The notes under the pieces are model-generated. The model was not told the DNA's origin, ran no database searches, and saw only the letters and a list, made by a program, of their open reading frames with translations. A stretch of DNA of 24,000 nt from an uncultured Pseudobdellovibrionaceae bacterium (lineage in GTDB: Bacteria; Bdellovibrionota; Bdellovibrionia; Bdellovibrionales; UBA1609). Each line of letters starts with the position of its first letter. The stretch's first letter is position 1. The DNA is taken from positions 1 to 24,000 of the forward strand of contig CAZWVK010000009.1 of assembly GCA_964636785.1 (NCBI GenBank), written 5' to 3'. Position numbers and translations under genes: made by a program. Below, piece after piece: positions 21,536 through 24,000 of the stretch.

Positions 21536-24000
21536 TCATTGATTGATTAGTAGTGCGCATATTTGATACTGGGTTTGTTCGGAATCTACAGACCAGATGT
21601 CTTCAAGCCAGATCGCACGCTCCTTCATTCCTGGCTTTGACTGATCAAAAGTTATTTGTTCCTTTACATAAGCAGATTTCTTTTCATTAAATTCGGATGC
21701 CAGAGTTGAGGCGAAGGCTTTAGTTTCTTTTTCAAGAAAGCCATGCAGATCCTGCCATTCCGTCAATCTTGGAAGTTCCTTTGGTTGGCCAGCACTTTCA
21801 ACTACGTCGAGCTCGTAGCCTTCAATACGTTTACAGTCTTTGACCGAATATGAACGCATTTCCTGTGCAACGATTCTTCCGGAAGGTGCACGAGAGGTCA
21901 TTTCTACTACGACAATCGCTTTAGCTGGCGCATTCTTAACACCGAATATTGGGTAATTTTGCCTTGCCATCGTATGACGAAAACGTGCCTCAGCTTGTAG
22001 AACGACAGGATGTACGGGACCCATAAACTGAAGTTCCCTTTTGGCGTTGCCGCCTTCACGCTTGAATTTCTCATAGTTCAAATAGTGATCAGGGCTGAAC
22101 GTGACTCGCCAAGGGTTGCTCTCACCCGGATATCCAAATCCTTCAATGAGCAGACTAGGGATAGACCAGCCTTTGGGTAAAATTAAATCACATTCAAATT
22201 TTGAGGATCCTATCGGACTCAGTGAGCCTCCAAGTTCAGTAACCATTAGGTCAAATAGTGTCCGTCTTTCATGATTTTCATCTCTCCTTGTTGTCGGAGC
22301 TGGAGTGAGCGGCGTTACACTCGTTGCATCAAGGCCAAATTCTCTTAAGTATTCGATTTGGTCATCGATTTCTTTGTTGATAACCTCTAGGTCGTCACTT
22401 TCAATTGCGGCTTCGAGTTTGTTCAAATCGAGACTTTCCAGAATTGGACTTACAGATCCAAGTGCACTTTGTGCGGCTTCAATTTTCTTATGCAATTTAC
22501 TCATTACACGCTGATCAGGTGTAGCTTTAAGGTCGAGAATTAAATTTAGAATAACCGGAATTTTGGCCTGGCCTAATCGATCTATGCGACCATTCCTCTG
22601 TTCAATTTTTACCAAGCTCCATGGGAGTTCAAAATGAATTAGGTGATTACAAGCGTGCTGCAGATCTTTTCCTTCTGAAATTGTGTCAGTAGCTATGAGT
22701 ACTTTCAGATCTGAATTCGGATTTGCAAAGTTATCTTCAATTTCAACTCTGTCGAGTGCACAGGTAGAGCCATGTATACAGGTTACGTTTGTTTCCTTGA
22801 GGCCGCCTTTGGTCGTAAGGTAATCTGCAATAGCTTCTTGGGATTTGATCGCTTCTGTGAAAACCACAATTTTAGATTGAGAATCAGATTTAATTATACC
22901 ATTAATTTCCTGGCAAAGACGTTTGAGTTTAGCAGAGTCCTTTTTGTTGCAAAGCTTCTCAATTTTCTTTTTCGTTTTTTCAGAGAACCAGTCACTTAGA
23001 CGACTTCCTGAAGATATTGTCTCAAGAAATGCTGGCCAGCTGGAAGATAGTCGTTTCCGAGCGACCTCTTCCAAAAGTCTGTCCCAAGACTCTGCTGACC
23101 CACTGCACTTCTGGGCCGCAAGTTCCTCAGATACCAGTTCGAAAACTTCAAGCTCGTCTTTCGATAAATCGGATTCTTTAATTTTCAGATCTTCGACTTT
23201 GCGGTCGAGAATATTTTCACCGTGTTCCTTAACGTGTCTCTTTAATCGACGTACTAGATAGGGACTGTTTTTATCCCATTTCACTGTTTTCTCATCAGCA
23301 AATTTAGGATCAAGAAGCGTAAGGAGACTTTGGAACTCCTTCATGGCACCAGTAAATGGTGTGGCTGAGAGAAGAATTAATCCAGGCGATTTATAAGCGA
23401 TTCTTTCTGCAAAGTCTCTTAAACGCGTTGATGTCCCGCCTTCATCTTTTACAAAATGGTGACACTCGTCGATCACTACGACGTCCCATTTTACATTTGA
23501 AAGAGGCTTTAGGTTTTCCCATCTCTTTGCGAAGTCGCGGGAGACGATAACTCTCTCTACAACTTCCCATGGATTTGTGACGCCTCTCTCTGAAAGGCGT
23601 TCACGTGTTGTACGATTATAGATCTCAAAGGCAAGACCAAATCTGTTGAAAAGCTCGTCCTGCCACTTTTCACACAAGTGCTGCGGAGCCACAATCAAAA
23701 CTCTATCTGCTCGTCGTCTGCGAGTGAGCTCAGCCAAAACAATTGCCGCTTCCGTGGTTTTTCCTAAGCCTACATCGTCGGCGATTAGAATTCGTGGAAA
23801 CGGAAGTCGGTCGACAATACGATTCCAAGGTTCGAACTGCCATTCTTTATATTCAATGGCGCAGTTCATCGCTGTCATGGGTGCTTTAGATATGGTTTGG
23901 GCTTCGATAGATGATCGCTTTCTTGCATTCAATGTTGGCCTAAGAAGTTTAGACTTTCGCAATTGCTCTTTTGTTGGTGCAGGACAAAAGGCGCTTGCAC
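21536..24000 (-). CDS. SNF2-family helicase (DrmD-like); 5' end uncertain, possibly beyond the window
   Basis: Motif I DDVGLGKTTEA, motif II VIDECHHF, SATPF, helicase-C region, motif VI QRNGRIDRLGQ. A ~290-aa C-terminal domain is unassigned. The frame stays open from 23962 to the window edge. Possible in-window starts are TTG 23962 or ATG 23878, neither with a good SD. The stop lies 8 nt before the methyltransferase ATG. Confidence 0.88.
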   Translation of the reverse strand, partial: ASAFCPAPTKEQLRKSKLLRPTLNARKRSSIEAQTISKAPMTAMNCAIEYKEWQFEPWNRIVDRLPFPRILIADDVGLGKTTEAAIVLAELTRRRRADRVLIVAPQHLCEKWQDELFNRFGLAFEIYNRTTRERLSERGVTNPWEVVERVIVSRDFAKRWENLKPLSNVKWDVVVIDECHHFVKDEGGTSTRLRDFAERIAYKSPGLILLSATPFTGAMKEFQSLLTLLDPKFADEKTVKWDKNSPYLVRRLKRHVKEHGENILDRKVEDLKIKESDLSKDELEVFELVSEELAAQKCSGSAESWDRLLEEVARKRLSSSWPAFLETISSGSRLSDWFSEKTKKKIEKLCNKKDSAKLKRLCQEINGIIKSDSQSKIVVFTEAIKSQEAIADYLTTKGGLKETNVTCIHGSTCALDRVEIEDNFANPNSDLKVLIATDTISEGKDLQHACNHLIHFELPWSLVKIEQRNGRIDRLGQAKIPVILNLILDLKATPDQRVMSKLHKKIEAAQSALGSVSPILESLDLNKLEAAIESDDLEVINKEIDDQIEYLREFGLDATSVTPLTPAPTTRRDENHERRTLFDLMVTELGGSLSPIGSSKFECDLILPKGWSIPSLLIEGFGYPGESNPWRVTFSPDHYLNYEKFKREGGNAKRELQFMGPVHPVVLQAEARFRHTMARQNYPIFGVKNAPAKAIVVVEMTSRAPSGRIVAQEMRSYSVKDCKRIEGYELDVVESAGQPKELPRLTEWQDLHGFLEKETKAFASTLASEFNEKKSAYVKEQITFDQSKPGMKERAIWLEDIWSVDSEQTQYQICALLINQ

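Noticed and set aside
1-24000. CRISPR arrays, IS elements or transposases, tRNA or rRNA genes, and a second copy of the tmRNA 3' end
   Set aside because: None was found on reading through the window. The only periodic repeats are the short ones reported above.

Overview
The window splits at a tmRNA gene (ssrA, 5098-5451). All calls below come from reading motifs by eye; no searches or folding were run.

Left of ssrA the genes look like housekeeping genes:
- a CPA2/Kef-type cation:proton antiporter with two C-terminal RCK_C domains, preceded by a translationally coupled 35-aa membrane mini-ORF that is too short for the supplied ORF track;
- a DUF1275/YoaK-family membrane protein;
- an orphan HAMP-HisKA-HATPase sensor kinase.

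Right of ssrA, about 18.5 kb up to the window edge looks like an accessory or defence island:
- an odd (GATATCN)x5 palindromic array flanked by 8-bp direct repeats;
- an Avd/'23S-IVS'-type four-helix-bundle protein whose Shine-Dalgarno (SD) sequence is buried in a hairpin;
- a roughly 380-bp GC-rich, ORF-poor, hairpin-rich segment that may be a structured RNA;
- a DUF2779 nuclease (Cas4-like PD-(D/E)XK domain plus DEDD-like domain);
- an unknown membrane protein;
- a tightly coupled operon of RHH protein, SplB-like radical-SAM protein and ASCH protein;
- convergent to that operon and overlapping it by 11 bp, a three-gene operon of SNF2 helicase, a 1,471-aa PglX/DrmMI-like N6-adenine methyltransferase, and a 1,997-aa fusion of DEAD/DEAH helicase, DUF1998 and a DUF559/Vsr-like nuclease.

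That last operon has the parts list and gene order of class 1 DISARM. It differs in that the DrmA-like and DrmB-like parts are fused, no PLD gene is present, and a different nuclease fold is attached. It is my best candidate for an undescribed or variant defence system. The RHH/radical-SAM/ASCH trio is the second candidate.

No rRNA, tRNA, CRISPR array, transposase or integrase was seen. The tmRNA tag GNDYALAA resembles what I recall for Bdellovibrio-like bacteria, but this is unverified.
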